This document shows positions 18,753-28,322 of a stretch of 64,000 nt of DNA, one piece after another. The notes below the pieces were generated by a model. That model searched no databases. It worked only from the letters and a program-made list of their open reading frames with translations, and was not told the origin of the DNA. The position numbers and the translations under genes are program-made. The stretch's first letter is position 1; the number at the start of each line of letters is the position of its first letter. The stretch lies in assembly GCA_903901335.1 (NCBI GenBank), contig CAIUQR010000065.1, positions 4,667 to 68,666 on the forward strand, given 5' to 3'. The DNA comes from an uncultured delta proteobacterium. GTDB taxonomy: Bacteria > Desulfobacterota > Desulfobulbia > Desulfobulbales > Desulfocapsaceae.

Positions 18753-19157
18753 ATGATTGCTGGAAAATTTTCAATAACTACAAGAAGTTCTATGGAGTTG
18801 ATCGACATCACCGCCATGGTCGGCGACAAGGTGCAGACTGCCGGCCTCAAGCAGGGGGTATGCACGCTGTTCAATCCCCATACCACTGCCGGCCTGACCA
18901 TCAACGAGGGAGCGGATCCGGCTGTCAGGCAGGATATCATCACCGGTCTGCAGAAAATTGTCCCGATGGCCCACCCCTTCAAACATCTGGAAGGAAATTC
19001 ACCGGCGCATATCATGGCCTCCCTGATGGGGAGTTCTCTTGCCGTTTTTATTGAAGACGGCAGACTCGTCCTCGGCACCTGGCAAAAGATCTTTTTCTGT
19101 GAGTTTGACGGCCCTCGGACTCGATCGCTTCACTGGCGGATCGCTGCATGCAACTGA
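18753..19157 (+). CDS. YjbQ-family (UPF0047) secondary thiamine-phosphate synthase-like protein
   Basis: The track ORF starts at TTG 18741; the ATG at 18753 follows GAGGGGAAG. Motifs HTTAGLTINE and HLEGNSPAHI match the family. Confidence 0.85.
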   Translation: MIAGKFSITTRSSMELIDITAMVGDKVQTAGLKQGVCTLFNPHTTAGLTINEGADPAVRQDIITGLQKIVPMAHPFKHLEGNSPAHIMASLMGSSLAVFIEDGRLVLGTWQKIFFCEFDGPRTRSLHWRIAACN

Positions 19158-19258
19158 TTCCACCATCTGTGGCGATTCCTCCCCTTCGGGGATTACTGAA
19201 CTATTTGAAATTTATTGATTGAACTTCATCTATCATTTATACATTCTTCATTAACGCC

Positions 19259-19498
19259 ATGACTATCCAACCAGACCAGATATGCTTCGGCCTTTCCAGT
19301 CAACTTGACAAGGAATCATTATCCTGTTTTCTCCAGCTGGCTGGAAGACGGGAATTTGCCGATTTTTTTGCCGCCCGCCTCTCCAGCACCGAGATCGATA
19401 CCCTTGTTGAATCGTTTATGGTCCTGATGCGACGCCACCTTTCCGAGGATGACTATCATCGGTTGTTTCTCCAGGATACGGCCCCACATGACCATTAA
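19259..19498 (+). CDS. Hypothetical 79-aa protein
   Basis: ORF 18 nt upstream of the UbiD-family gene with no motif I recognise. Coding status is inferred from position and length only. Confidence 0.4.
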   Translation: MTIQPDQICFGLSSQLDKESLSCFLQLAGRREFADFFAARLSSTEIDTLVESFMVLMRRHLSEDDYHRLFLQDTAPHDH

Positions 19499-19516
19499 GC
19501 GCAGGACAAAGAAGAT

Positions 19517-21295
19517 ATGAGCCGGAGCAAACTTTACGATTTACGTTGTTATATTGATCTCTTACGTCGTAATAACGAACTTCTGGTCATTGACGAAGAG
19601 GTAGATCCCTACCTGGAGATTGCTGAGATCCATAGGCGGATGATCGAAAGGCAAGGGCCGGCACTGCTGTTCACCCGGGTGAAGGGGTCTTCCTTTCCGG
19701 TAACTACCAACCTTTTCGGCACCAACAGGCGTTTGGAACTCGCCTTTGGCGATAAACCCCAGCAGTTTGTCCGCGACCTGGTCCGGCTGGCGGAATCAAT
19801 TATGCCGCTTTCAATCGGCAAGCTCTGGGAAAACCGCCGATTTTTCCTGGAAGGCCTCAAGATTGGTCTGAAAAACCGGCCGAGAGGTCCCATTCTTGAC
19901 GTCTGTCAATCACCGCCACGGCTCTCCAGCCTGCCGATGCTGACCTCCTGGCAAAGCGACGGCGGCCCCTTCGTGACCCTGCCTCTCGTCTATACCGAAC
20001 ACCCCGAAGGGCGAGGACATAATCTCGGGATGTATCGGATCCAGCGCTTCGACGACAGCACCACCGGTATCCACTGGCAGATCCATAAAGGCGGCGGCTA
20101 CCATTACTTCGAGGCGGAGCGAAGAAACAAAGCACTGCCGCTGACCCTCTATATCGGCGGACCGCCCGCTCTGATGCTCGCAGCCATTGCCCCGCTCCCC
20201 GAGGATATCCCGGAACTGATTCTCACCTCGCTGCTCTTAGGCGACAAACTGGATATGACCGCCGACCCGCGGGGTGGACACGATCTTGTCGCCCATGCCG
20301 AATTTGCGATTAAAGGCGAGGTGCCGCCGCATATCCGCAGGCCGGAGGGACCGTTCGGCGATCATTACGGTTATAACTCCCTGCAACATGACTATCCGGT
20401 CTTTCAGGTCAGCCATCTCTATCATCGCCGGGACGCGATCTATCCGGCTACAGTGGTCGGCAGGCCCAGACAGGAGGACTTTTTTATCGGCGATTTTCTC
20501 CAGGACCTGCTGTCTCCTCTCTTTCCGCTGGTTATGAAAGGGGTGAAGGAGCTGAAGACCTTCGGCGAGACCGGCTTCCACTGCCTGGCAGCCGCCCGGG
20601 TTGCCGACCGCTACCCGCGGGAGGCCTTCGCCTGCGGCCTCAGGATCCTGGGTGAAGGGCAACTCTCTTTGACCAAGTTTCTGATTGCCACCGACGGGGA
20701 TATTGATATCACCGATTTCGGCAGACTGTGGACACATGTCCTGGAGCGGGTTCAGTGGGACCGGGATCTCTTTATCTTCGCCAACGTCTCCCAGGACACA
20801 CTCGACTATACCGGTCCATCGGTCAATAAGGGCTCGAAGGCCATGCTCCTCGGGCTCGGGAAAGAAAAACTGCGGGAACTGCCTCAATCCTTCACCGGCA
20901 CCCTGCCGCCGGGCTGCAGCCGTCCGACGGTCTTTCTTCCCGGCACCCTCGTTCTGCAGGGGACCGGCTATCAGGACAGTCCCGATCTCGCCGACAGGAT
21001 TGCCACCTCGGAATTTCTAAGCACATGGCCGGTCATTATCCTTGTCGATAATACCGCCGAGGCAACCTGTTCGACGCAGGAGTTTCTGTGGACGTTCTTC
21101 ACCCGATTTGAGCCCGCTGCTGATATCCACGCTGCAGGAACAACCATCAAAAGGTTTCATATCGGACTCATTGCGCCCATCGTCTTTGATTGCCGGATGA
21201 AACCCTGGTATACCGATATTCTGGAGGTTGATAAAGCAACCAGGATAAAAGTCGATGCCCTCTACAGCAAAATTATCCCGGCCGGATGGAGATGA
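19517..21295 (+). CDS. UbiD-family (prenyl-FMN dependent) decarboxylase, long menaquinone-associated type
   Basis: 592-aa ORF with N-terminal LRCYIDLL...LLVIDEEVDP..EIAEIHRR and UbiD-family similarity throughout. Confidence 0.88.
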   Translation: MSRSKLYDLRCYIDLLRRNNELLVIDEEVDPYLEIAEIHRRMIERQGPALLFTRVKGSSFPVTTNLFGTNRRLELAFGDKPQQFVRDLVRLAESIMPLSIGKLWENRRFFLEGLKIGLKNRPRGPILDVCQSPPRLSSLPMLTSWQSDGGPFVTLPLVYTEHPEGRGHNLGMYRIQRFDDSTTGIHWQIHKGGGYHYFEAERRNKALPLTLYIGGPPALMLAAIAPLPEDIPELILTSLLLGDKLDMTADPRGGHDLVAHAEFAIKGEVPPHIRRPEGPFGDHYGYNSLQHDYPVFQVSHLYHRRDAIYPATVVGRPRQEDFFIGDFLQDLLSPLFPLVMKGVKELKTFGETGFHCLAAARVADRYPREAFACGLRILGEGQLSLTKFLIATDGDIDITDFGRLWTHVLERVQWDRDLFIFANVSQDTLDYTGPSVNKGSKAMLLGLGKEKLRELPQSFTGTLPPGCSRPTVFLPGTLVLQGTGYQDSPDLADRIATSEFLSTWPVIILVDNTAEATCSTQEFLWTFFTRFEPAADIHAAGTTIKRFHIGLIAPIVFDCRMKPWYTDILEVDKATRIKVDALYSKIIPAGWR

Positions 21296-22008
21296 GTGAG
21301 CCGCTGCGACTGCAGAAATTTCTTGCCCAATGCGGACTGGCTTCACGGCGCAGCGCTGAGGAGATGATCCGGCAGGGACGGGTCACCGTTGATGGAATCA
21401 AAATCACGGATATGGGCACGAAGATCACGCCTGAAATGCAGGCGGTATGCCTGGACGGGGTACCGGTCACTTTTACGGAGAAGCCGGTCACCCTGCTCCT
21501 GAACAAACCCAAAGGATATGTCACCACCCTGTCCGATCCGCAGGGACGCCCCATTGTTACCTCGTTATTGCAAGGCATTACAGCACGAGTCTTCCCGGTG
21601 GGACGGCTCGACCTCGACACGGAGGGGGCCTTGATCATGACCAATGACGGCATGCTTGCCGAGAGGATCCAGCACCCGCGTCACGAGGTTAAAAAGACCT
21701 ATGAGGCGCTGGTACGAGGACGCCCCAACCGGTCCGATCTCCACCACCTGGAAAAAGGGATCGTCCTCGAGGGGAAAAAGACCTACCCGGCCGCAATTGC
21801 CATTGTCGGGAAAATGCCCCAATCCACACTTGTCAAAATTACCATCCATGAAGGAAGGAAGAGACAGGTGAAAAAAATGTTTGCAGCCATTGGAAATCCT
21901 GTTCTTTCCCTTAAACGCACAGCCTATGGTCACCTTTTTTTACGGGACCTTCCGACCGGTGCATACAGGATTTTATCGGCTAATGATCTTAAAAATATTT
22001 TTTTATAG
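21286..22008 (+). CDS. rluB: RsuA/RluB-family pseudouridine synthase with S4 domain
   Basis: 240-aa ORF with S4 motif LQKFLAQCGLASRR and catalytic GRLDLDTEGALIMTNDG. Overlaps the UbiD gene end by 10 nt. Confidence 0.85.
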   Translation: MEMSEPLRLQKFLAQCGLASRRSAEEMIRQGRVTVDGIKITDMGTKITPEMQAVCLDGVPVTFTEKPVTLLLNKPKGYVTTLSDPQGRPIVTSLLQGITARVFPVGRLDLDTEGALIMTNDGMLAERIQHPRHEVKKTYEALVRGRPNRSDLHHLEKGIVLEGKKTYPAAIAIVGKMPQSTLVKITIHEGRKRQVKKMFAAIGNPVLSLKRTAYGHLFLRDLPTGAYRILSANDLKNIFL

Positions 22009-22247
22009 AAATTTCTTTACAAACGACAAAATAGCTGATTAAATCTAGACAGTTATAAGAATCAAAAGGTGATCTGGCCGGTCGACTCTCTGTAACATGC
22101 CGGTATTAAAAGAAATTTAACACACCCATTCATCCGTAACGGTTGAAAATTGCTTTATTTATTCTTTTAACCAAATCACACACTAACCCATAAACAGTGA
22201 ACGGACCCTCGGGGGGGCAACCAATCTTCCGGAAACAGGAGCGAAGT

Positions 22248-22541
22248 ATGAACAAATCAGAACTCATTGAGGCCCTGGCGCAAGACATCAGCATACCTCA
22301 TCGCGAAGCTGCTGCTATTACAAACACTGTTATTGAAACGATGACAGAGGCACTTGCAAAAGGTGAGAGTATCGAAATCCGGGGATTTGGCAGTTTCGTA
22401 ATTAAAAAATACGATTCGTACGAAGGCCGCAACCCGAAAACAGGCAAAAAAATCAAAGTAAAGCCGAAAAAACTGCCATTTTTCAAGGTCGGAAAGGACC
22501 TGCGGGAACAGGTAAACACCAACAGGAAGAAGAAGAAATAA
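22248..22541 (+). CDS. HU/IHF-family DNA-binding protein (IHF beta-like)
   Basis: The ATG at 22248 follows AGGAGCG. The protein MNKSELIEALA...IRGFGSF...RNPKTGK is the HU/IHF signature. Confidence 0.85.
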   Translation: MNKSELIEALAQDISIPHREAAAITNTVIETMTEALAKGESIEIRGFGSFVIKKYDSYEGRNPKTGKKIKVKPKKLPFFKVGKDLREQVNTNRKKKK

Positions 22542-22553
22542 GGTCAGACCACG

Positions 22554-22591
22554 TTCAGACGTTGGAATCTCGTTTATATCCAACGTCTGAA
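22554..22591. terminator. Perfect 13-bp stem-loop shared by the convergent ihf-like and rimO genes
   Basis: TTCAGACGTTGGA, a 12-nt loop, then TCCAACGTCTGAA. It starts 13 nt after the ihf-like stop and lies inside the last 12 codons of rimO. No clear U-tract on either strand. Confidence 0.4.
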
Positions 22592-23958
22592 AAATGTTTG
22601 CCTTCCGGACCTGAGTCCTCATTTCTGCCTCTCTCGATTCCCCCAATAAGATCATATACCTGGGTGTCGTCTATCCGGACCAGCACAATATCACCGGGGT
22701 GTGCTTCGCCCTCGTTTATATAGACACAGCCATCGATATCGGGTGCCTGAAATCTTGTTCTACCTTCCAGAAGAAGATCCGTCTCCCGGCTGAGACCTTC
22801 AACTAACACAGGCTCTAATTTGCCGATATATTTTTTCAATATTTCCGTGGAAATACCGGTCTGCAGCGAAAGGATATGTTCAAGCCTTCCGCTTTTCTCC
22901 TCCTCCGAACACTGATCCGGAAAGAATTCTGCAGGACACCCCTCTTCATTGGCGTACGGGAAAACACCCACATGTTCGATTTTCACATCTTTAAGGAATT
23001 GCTCCAACAGAACGATATCACTTTCGGTTTCTCCTGGGAATCCAACCAGAAAGGTCGTTCGCAACGCAATATCGGGAAGACTTGAGCGGATTTTGTCAAT
23101 CAACCGGTACAAATCATCACCGGTATAGCGACGATTCATTTTCTTCAGGATATGGTCACTGACATGCTGGAAAGGGATATCGAGATAGGGAACGATCCTG
23201 GGATGGGCCGCCATCAGATCAAAAAGCATATCCGGGATCCCGGTAGGGTAGAGATACATCAAGCGAATCCAGGGGATAGAACTCTGAGTAAGTATTGCCT
23301 GAAGAAGGTCAATCAGTTTGTTGCTTCCGCCTGTCTCGTTGCCGAAGGCCGTCAAATCCTGGGCAATAAGGGTAAGTTCCTGCACGCCCAGTTGCTCAAG
23401 GCGGATGGTCTCCTCCACAAGGTCCCGAACTGCCCTGCTGCGCAGCCCTCCCCTGATGGAAGGAATCATGCAATAGGTACAATGGTTGCTGCAACCTTCG
23501 GTGATTTTCAACCAGGACCTGAAAAAGGGGGTCGCAAGCTGGCGCGGCATCCTGGCATTCATCAGAAAACGTTCTGGAATCTGGAGTGTTTTTGTTAAGT
23601 TACCGGCCATACAGCCATGAATCAAGCTGGCGATATCAGGAACACCTTCCGTACCAATAAAAAGATCGACCTCCGGAAACTCCTTCTGCAACTTTTCCTG
23701 ATACCGCTGCACAAGACATCCTGTGACGACAAGGAGTTTTTCAGGGAATTGTTCTTTAATTTTAATCAGGTCAAGAATTTCATTGATTGCCTCTTCCACT
23801 GCCGGTTGAATAAAGCCGCAGGTATTGATCAACAGGACATCACTTTGTGATGGGTCATCCTCAACAATCCATCCGTCCTCCTGCAAAATCCCGAGCATGA
23901 CCTCGGAATCGACCATATTTTTAGGGCAGCCAAGGCTTATTACATGGACTTTTTTCAT
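22555..23958 (-). CDS. rimO: Ribosomal protein S12 methylthiotransferase (radical SAM MTTase)
   Basis: 467-aa ORF with N-terminal ISLGCPKNMVDSE, radical SAM CSNHCTYC and a C-terminal TRAM region. Confidence 0.88.
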   Translation of the reverse strand: MKKVHVISLGCPKNMVDSEVMLGILQEDGWIVEDDPSQSDVLLINTCGFIQPAVEEAINEILDLIKIKEQFPEKLLVVTGCLVQRYQEKLQKEFPEVDLFIGTEGVPDIASLIHGCMAGNLTKTLQIPERFLMNARMPRQLATPFFRSWLKITEGCSNHCTYCMIPSIRGGLRSRAVRDLVEETIRLEQLGVQELTLIAQDLTAFGNETGGSNKLIDLLQAILTQSSIPWIRLMYLYPTGIPDMLFDLMAAHPRIVPYLDIPFQHVSDHILKKMNRRYTGDDLYRLIDKIRSSLPDIALRTTFLVGFPGETESDIVLLEQFLKDVKIEHVGVFPYANEEGCPAEFFPDQCSEEEKSGRLEHILSLQTGISTEILKKYIGKLEPVLVEGLSRETDLLLEGRTRFQAPDIDGCVYINEGEAHPGDIVLVRIDDTQVYDLIGGIERGRNEDSGPEGKHFSDVGYKRDSNV

Positions 23959-23959
23959 G

Positions 23960-24694
23960 TTATTTATGCAAAGGAACTTCTTTCAGAAGGATATCGATAA
24001 GCAATCGACTTTTCATTTTAAACTCCTGTTTGGAAAATCCGGGATTCCAGTTCGTTCCCCAGACTTCATCGGATACCAGAAGGAGGGCCGCAAACTCTAT
24101 CTTCCGAAAAAAAGCTGCGCTGCATAAGGCCGCATACTCCATATCCACCGCCGACACATCCCTTTCCTGCTGTAGTGTTTTCAGATAACTCCTTTTCTCC
24201 CGATATGGGGCGTCGGTGGACCAGACACATCCCTCCTGCCAGGGCAGGCTGTAACGTTCCAAAAGCTTTTTAACCTCATCGATCACAAAGGGGGAGGGCC
24301 CGGGTTGAGAGCCTGAAACGTAATAGGATGAAGTCCCCTCACCGCTCATGGCACTTGTCGGCAGGAGCAGATCACCAATCGCCAGAGAGCCTTTCATTGA
24401 ACCGCACCAGCCAAAAAGAATAATCTTCCGGGCGCCAAGAGCTATCAATTTTTCCATGGTCATTACTGCCATCGGTGCCCCGATAGCCGGGCCGGCGACA
24501 AAATATCCCTGTGACGCAAGCACGCAGAGATGCGAATTGTAGAGATTCCGCACCTCGCCACCGGCAGCCTGAGCCGCCTGCAAACCATATCGAGCCTCGG
24601 ACGGATTGACCAGCAGCAGGCCAGTTTCCGGAATTGAACTTTCTCTTTTTAACCGTACAGGATGAATGACAATATCATCATCATTGATATCCAT
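23960..24694 (-). CDS. Nucleoside phosphorylase-family protein (PNP_UDP_1 fold)
   Basis: 244-aa ORF. GPAIGAPMAVMTMEKLIALGARKIILFGWCGS and GDLLLPTSAMSGEGTS resemble DeoD/Udp-type phosphorylases. Substrate unknown. Confidence 0.72.
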   Translation of the reverse strand: MDINDDDIVIHPVRLKRESSIPETGLLLVNPSEARYGLQAAQAAGGEVRNLYNSHLCVLASQGYFVAGPAIGAPMAVMTMEKLIALGARKIILFGWCGSMKGSLAIGDLLLPTSAMSGEGTSSYYVSGSQPGPSPFVIDEVKKLLERYSLPWQEGCVWSTDAPYREKRSYLKTLQQERDVSAVDMEYAALCSAAFFRKIEFAALLLVSDEVWGTNWNPGFSKQEFKMKSRLLIDILLKEVPLHK

Positions 24695-24754
24695 ATCGTT
24701 TCAACTTTTGCAGTATCTTTTGCCCAACTCTTAAAAAAATCTCTATATCCAAAA

Positions 24755-24790
24755 TACAAAAAGGCCGCAGATTACTCTGCAGCCTTTTTG
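24755..24790 (-). terminator. Intrinsic terminator after atpE
   Basis: GGCUGCAG-AGUAAU-CUGCGGCC on the minus strand followed by UUUUUGUAUUUU, 37 nt after the atpE stop. A-run and T-run flanks make it potentially bidirectional. Confidence 0.6.
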
Positions 24791-24826
24791 TGATCCTTCC
24801 GAAGAAAGGAACGCAGTGATCCGAAA

Positions 24827-25087
24827 TTACACTATTGCCTTTGATATAGGATTGGCATAGAGCAGAATCAGAGAAATAACCAGACCGTAAATAGCACAGG
24901 ACTCAGCAAGGGCCATACCAAGGATCATGAAAACCATCAATTTCGGCTGAACTTCAGGATTACGGGCAAGACCCTGGGTGGCACCCTGGCCAACCAGACC
25001 AATTCCGATACCTGCACCAAGACCGGCCAGACCGATTGAAAGTGCTGCGCCTACACAGATCAATGCTACTTGTAAATTACCTTCCAT
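24827..25087 (-). CDS. atpE: F-type ATP synthase c subunit
   Basis: 86-aa hairpin protein with GxGxGxG helix 1, ARNPE loop and carboxylate E62 in ALAES. Confidence 0.93.
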   Translation of the reverse strand: MEGNLQVALICVGAALSIGLAGLGAGIGIGLVGQGATQGLARNPEVQPKLMVFMILGMALAESCAIYGLVISLILLYANPISKAIV

Positions 25088-25207
25088 TGTTTTCTCCTTA
25101 TAAATGTAGTTATTATTTTGGCCTTCTTCCTATATATACAAACTCTTCTTTCAATTATAACAATCACAGTACTCCCCACCCAGTGCAGCGGCGGACCCTT
25201 TTAGGTA

Positions 25208-25930
25208 TCAATGGGCATGCTCCTGAGCCTGGGCACAGTAGACAACCGCAAGCAACACAAAGACCATTGCCTGAACCAGAGAAACTAGAACACCCAGCAT
25301 CATGATGGGCAGCGGCGCGAAAAAAGCACCTGCCAGCATGAACAGGATTGCCAGAAGGGTCTCTTTGGCCATGATATTACCGAAAAGACGAACAGAGAGT
25401 GAAACTAAGCGGGCAATATTACTAATCAACTCGATGGGCAGCATCAAGGGAACCAGCCACCAGAGGGGCCCCATGAAATGTTTATAATATTTTAAGCCAT
25501 GGGCACGTAAACCGATCACATGGTGGGTAGCCCAGACGATGATGGTCAAGGCAAGGGTTGTATTGATGCTGGATGTTGGAGACATCAGACCGGGAATGAG
25601 GCCGATCAGGTTGCCAACTGCGATATATAAAGCAAAGGTCGACAGCATCGGAAAGAGTGCATCAGCCATTTCTCTGCCCATATTCTCAACAAAGAAATCA
25701 TCCATGCCACCAATAAGAATTTCCCAGAAATTCTGACCGCTTCCAGGAACCATCTCCAGATTGCCGAGGGTCATTTTGGAGACAACAATGAGAAATATCA
25801 TTACCAGCCAGGTATAGGTCATATACGGTTCACACAACTTTTCCAGTAAAGTATGCCCGACAAAGTCATGCGGCACTGGAAGTCCCAACTTCTCCAGAAT
25901 AATTGATATAAAAAGTATCGGATGTTCCAT
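25208..25930 (-). CDS. atpB: F-type ATP synthase a subunit
   Basis: 240-aa polytopic ORF with the essential Arg motif LSVRLFGN. Confidence 0.93.
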   Translation of the reverse strand: MEHPILFISIILEKLGLPVPHDFVGHTLLEKLCEPYMTYTWLVMIFLIVVSKMTLGNLEMVPGSGQNFWEILIGGMDDFFVENMGREMADALFPMLSTFALYIAVGNLIGLIPGLMSPTSSINTTLALTIIVWATHHVIGLRAHGLKYYKHFMGPLWWLVPLMLPIELISNIARLVSLSVRLFGNIMAKETLLAILFMLAGAFFAPLPIMMLGVLVSLVQAMVFVLLAVVYCAQAQEHAH

Positions 25931-25939
25931 AACCCCTTA

Positions 25940-26398
25940 TTACCTCCTCCCACTGAAAAAATAGTGCCTGGCCACGCCCAATGCCGTGAATGTGACAGTA
26001 AACACTACTGTTGACAACCCCAGAAGCAAACCAATGATATTATCTCTGCTGATTTTATGACTCTTGATAATAACCAGCAAAACAATACCAATGATAAGAA
26101 TCCGGAACCAGAACTTGATTATTAGGCCAAATTTTCTTTTCTTGATTTCCTTTTTCTCGCTTTCGCCTTCCTGAACCGTAGTCATGGATTCAAGGAATCC
26201 AACGACATCCTTATGTGAGACCCGAAAACTCAGGATGGAGATAATCCCTCCCGCCAATACGGGCCAGGCAAACGACCACGAAAAAATAATCCAGGAACCA
26301 ACCGTTAACATCAGAAGATATAGCCAACTTAAAAGCTGTATCTTCTGCGGGGACAGCAAATCATCAACCACGTCATCCTCTATCGTCTTTTCCGTCAT
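25940..26398 (-). CDS. atpI: ATP synthase protein I-like membrane protein
   Basis: The track ORF is 178 aa. I prefer the ATG at 26398 (MTEKTIEDD). It is a multi-TM protein directly upstream of atpB. The call rests mainly on position. Confidence 0.55.
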   Translation of the reverse strand: MTEKTIEDDVVDDLLSPQKIQLLSWLYLLMLTVGSWIIFSWSFAWPVLAGGIISILSFRVSHKDVVGFLESMTTVQEGESEKKEIKKRKFGLIIKFWFRILIIGIVLLVIIKSHKISRDNIIGLLLGLSTVVFTVTFTALGVARHYFFSGRR

Positions 26399-26642
26399 TC
26401 TTGTTGTTTTTGTCGTTTTTGTCTTTAACACGCCAGAGGATTTGAAGCAACGTCTTAAAGCCTGCAACAATACCAAATGCCAGCCCTATAAAAGTAAACC
26501 AGGGAGCAGTACGACCATTAAATACTTTCTGGTCCAGAAGAATCCCGCCTCCCAGACCGACAAATATACATGCGACAAAGGTAAAACCGATATGCCCATA
26601 ATTTGCAAGTAAGTCGATCATCTCATTCTTTAAATCAGACAT
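26373..26642 (-). CDS. atpZ: AtpZ/AtpI2-like small membrane protein
   Basis: The track ORF starts at GTG 26654; the ATG at 26642 gives MSDLKNEM. It has two TM helices with the GLGGG.LLD and GLAFGIVAG pattern of the AtpZ family. First gene of the atpZ-I-B-E operon. Confidence 0.6.
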   Translation of the reverse strand: MSDLKNEMIDLLANYGHIGFTFVACIFVGLGGGILLDQKVFNGRTAPWFTFIGLAFGIVAGFKTLLQILWRVKDKNDKNNKNDGKDDRG

Positions 26643-26677
26643 CCTGATCACCACCCCTTGTTATGGACACTTCCCAT

Positions 26678-26686
26678 ATTATAGCA
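26678..26686 (-). promoter_or_regulatory. Extended -10 element (TGCTATAAT) upstream of atpZ
   Basis: The minus strand reads TGCTATAAT, 36 nt upstream of the ATG at 26642. There is no good -35, consistent with the extended -10 type. Confidence 0.35.
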
Positions 26687-26729
26687 GGCTTTTTGGTAGC
26701 ATGCCTACTCCCCAAAGTCAACGATTTTT

Positions 26730-28022
26730 TTATATTTCCAGTAATTTTTTGAATGACCATTCAGTCATTTCGGCCGTCTTTTCAAGATCATCAATCGTGT
26801 GAGCTGCTGAAATAAAAGCAACTTCAAACTGAGAGGGAGCAAGATAGATTCCCCGGCTCAACATCTGCCGATAATGGCGGCCGTACAAATCCGTGTTCGA
26901 CTTTATCGCCGAGGTAAAATCAGTGACCGGCTCGGAGGTGAAAAATAAGGTCATCAATGAACCGGCTCTGTTGATCTGCACGGAAAGGCCGACTCTTTCA
27001 GCAATGTCCTGTAACCGACCGGCCAGCCAGGCAGATTTTCTGTCAAGTTCATTGTAAAAATCCTGCTTCTGCAGCAATTTGAGTGCAGCAATCCCCGCCG
27101 CCATCGCCAGAGGATTCCCGGACAGGGTTCCTGCCTGATATACAGGGCCATCCGGGGCAATGCAATCCATTATCTCCGCCTTTCCTCCATAGGCGCCTAC
27201 CGGCAGTCCGCCACCGATAATCTTTCCAAGACAGGTCAGGTCGGGGGATACACCGTAGACTTCCTGGGCGCCGCCATACGACAGCCTGAATCCGGTGATG
27301 ACCTCATCAAAGATCAGGACAATCCCCAACACCCTGGTCAACGCCCTGAGTGTGGAAAGAAAATCCGGAGCCGGAAGCACACATCCCATATTGCCGGCCA
27401 CAGGTTCAACGATGACGCAGGCAATCTCAAGGGAGGCGTTGCGAAGTGTCTTTTCGAGTATATCTAAATTGTTATAGGGGATAGAAACGGTATTCCTGAC
27501 AATATCCTCAGGAACACCTGGACTGCCCGGTATCCCCAAGGTAATCACACCGGACCCGGCCTTGACCAAGAAGGAATCAGCATGCCCATGATAGCAACCG
27601 TCAAATTTCACAACTGTTTTTCTACCTGTATATCCCCGGGCAAGACGAACGGCACTCATCGTGGCTTCCGTACCTGAATTGACAAACCGGACCTTTTCAA
27701 TGGAGGAAACAGCCTCCACTACCAGGGATGCCAGGTCTATTTCGGCAGGAGTCGGTGCCCCGAAACTGGTTCCATCCTGGGCTGCCTGGCATATCGCCTT
27801 GATTATGGCAGGGTGGGCATGCCCCATGATCATCGGCCCCCAGGAGCCGACAAAGTCGAGGAACTCGTTCCCGTCTACATCAAAGAGGGATGCCCCTGCA
27901 GCCCTTTTTATAAATAAAGGATCACAGCCGACGGAACGGCAGGCTCTGACCGGACTGTTGACTCCTCCCGGAATCACCTTCCGTGCCTTTTGAAACATAC
28001 TTCCGGAAATCCTGGTTTCCAT
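26730..28022 (-). CDS. hemL: Glutamate-1-semialdehyde 2,1-aminomutase
   Basis: 430-aa ORF with N-terminal [13 protein letters not shown], class III aminotransferase features and a GSA-AM pattern throughout. Confidence 0.95.
   Translation of the reverse strand: METRISGSMFQKARKVIPGGVNSPVRACRSVGCDPLFIKRAAGASLFDVDGNEFLDFVGSWGPMIMGHAHPAIIKAICQAAQDGTSFGAPTPAEIDLASLVVEAVSSIEKVRFVNSGTEATMSAVRLARGYTGRKTVVKFDGCYHGHADSFLVKAGSGVITLGIPGSPGVPEDIVRNTVSIPYNNLDILEKTLRNASLEIACVIVEPVAGNMGCVLPAPDFLSTLRALTRVLGIVLIFDEVITGFRLSYGGAQEVYGVSPDLTCLGKIIGGGLPVGAYGGKAEIMDCIAPDGPVYQAGTLSGNPLAMAAGIAALKLLQKQDFYNELDRKSAWLAGRLQDIAERVGLSVQINRAGSLMTLFFTSEPVTDFTSAIKSNTDLYGRHYRQMLSRGIYLAPSQFEVAFISAAHTIDDLEKTAEMTEWSFKKLLEI
26750..26763. 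promoter_or_regulatory. Exact copy of the palindrome TGAATGGTCATTCA (minus-strand reading) upstream of atpZIBE
   Basis: The plus strand reads TGAATGACCATTCA. It lies inside the last codons of hemL (..TEWSFK..), 96 nt upstream of GTG 26654. Confidence 0.5.
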
Positions 28023-28197
28023 GCGTACTCCTTGTTCAACATTTAGGATAAAATTTGAGACTATAGCATGAGAGACAAAATACTGTCAAACATGTTTCCT
28101 CCCTTGACTTTTCTCGAGTCATACACAAATTACCCGACTTTGACCGGCGAGTGAGCCAATCGACTCCGGACAAGACTCCAGACAAAGCACATTTTAC

Positions 28198-28226
28198 TTG
28201 TCTTGTAAAAAATCTAAAGGTAAACT
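28198..28226 (+). promoter_or_regulatory. Candidate sigma70 promoter of trxA
   Basis: TTGTCT (28198-28203), a 17-nt spacer, then TAAACT (28221-28226), about 95 nt upstream of the trxA ATG. Confidence 0.3.
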
Positions 28227-28322
28227 AGGCCGGAATTGTGGTCGTTCCCCGTTATCTCGAGCCGGATTAAGATTGGTCATTCAAAGTTTATATATCAATT
28301 TCTATAGTTAAGGAGATACACA

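Noticed and set aside
22590-22625. The minus strand reads CAGGTCCGGAAGGCAAAC, reminiscent of the SRP RNA domain IV motif (CAGGUCCGGAAGGAAGC)
   Set aside because: It lies in frame within the rimO 3' coding region (..DSGPEGKH..). The A that pairs across the GGAA tetraloop stem is a C here, and no surrounding sequence folds into the extended SRP helix. I judge it coincidental.
24827-25087. Possible Na+-binding signature in the c subunit (ALAES..IY resembles the Ilyobacter/Propionigenium E65-S66...Y70 motif)
   Set aside because: An ungapped alignment anchored on the R-x-P loop places Ile29 at the position of the Na+ ligand Gln32 (as E. coli Ile28), not the nearby Gln34. Thr67 is also replaced by Cys. 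The motif is incomplete, so proton coupling is the default.
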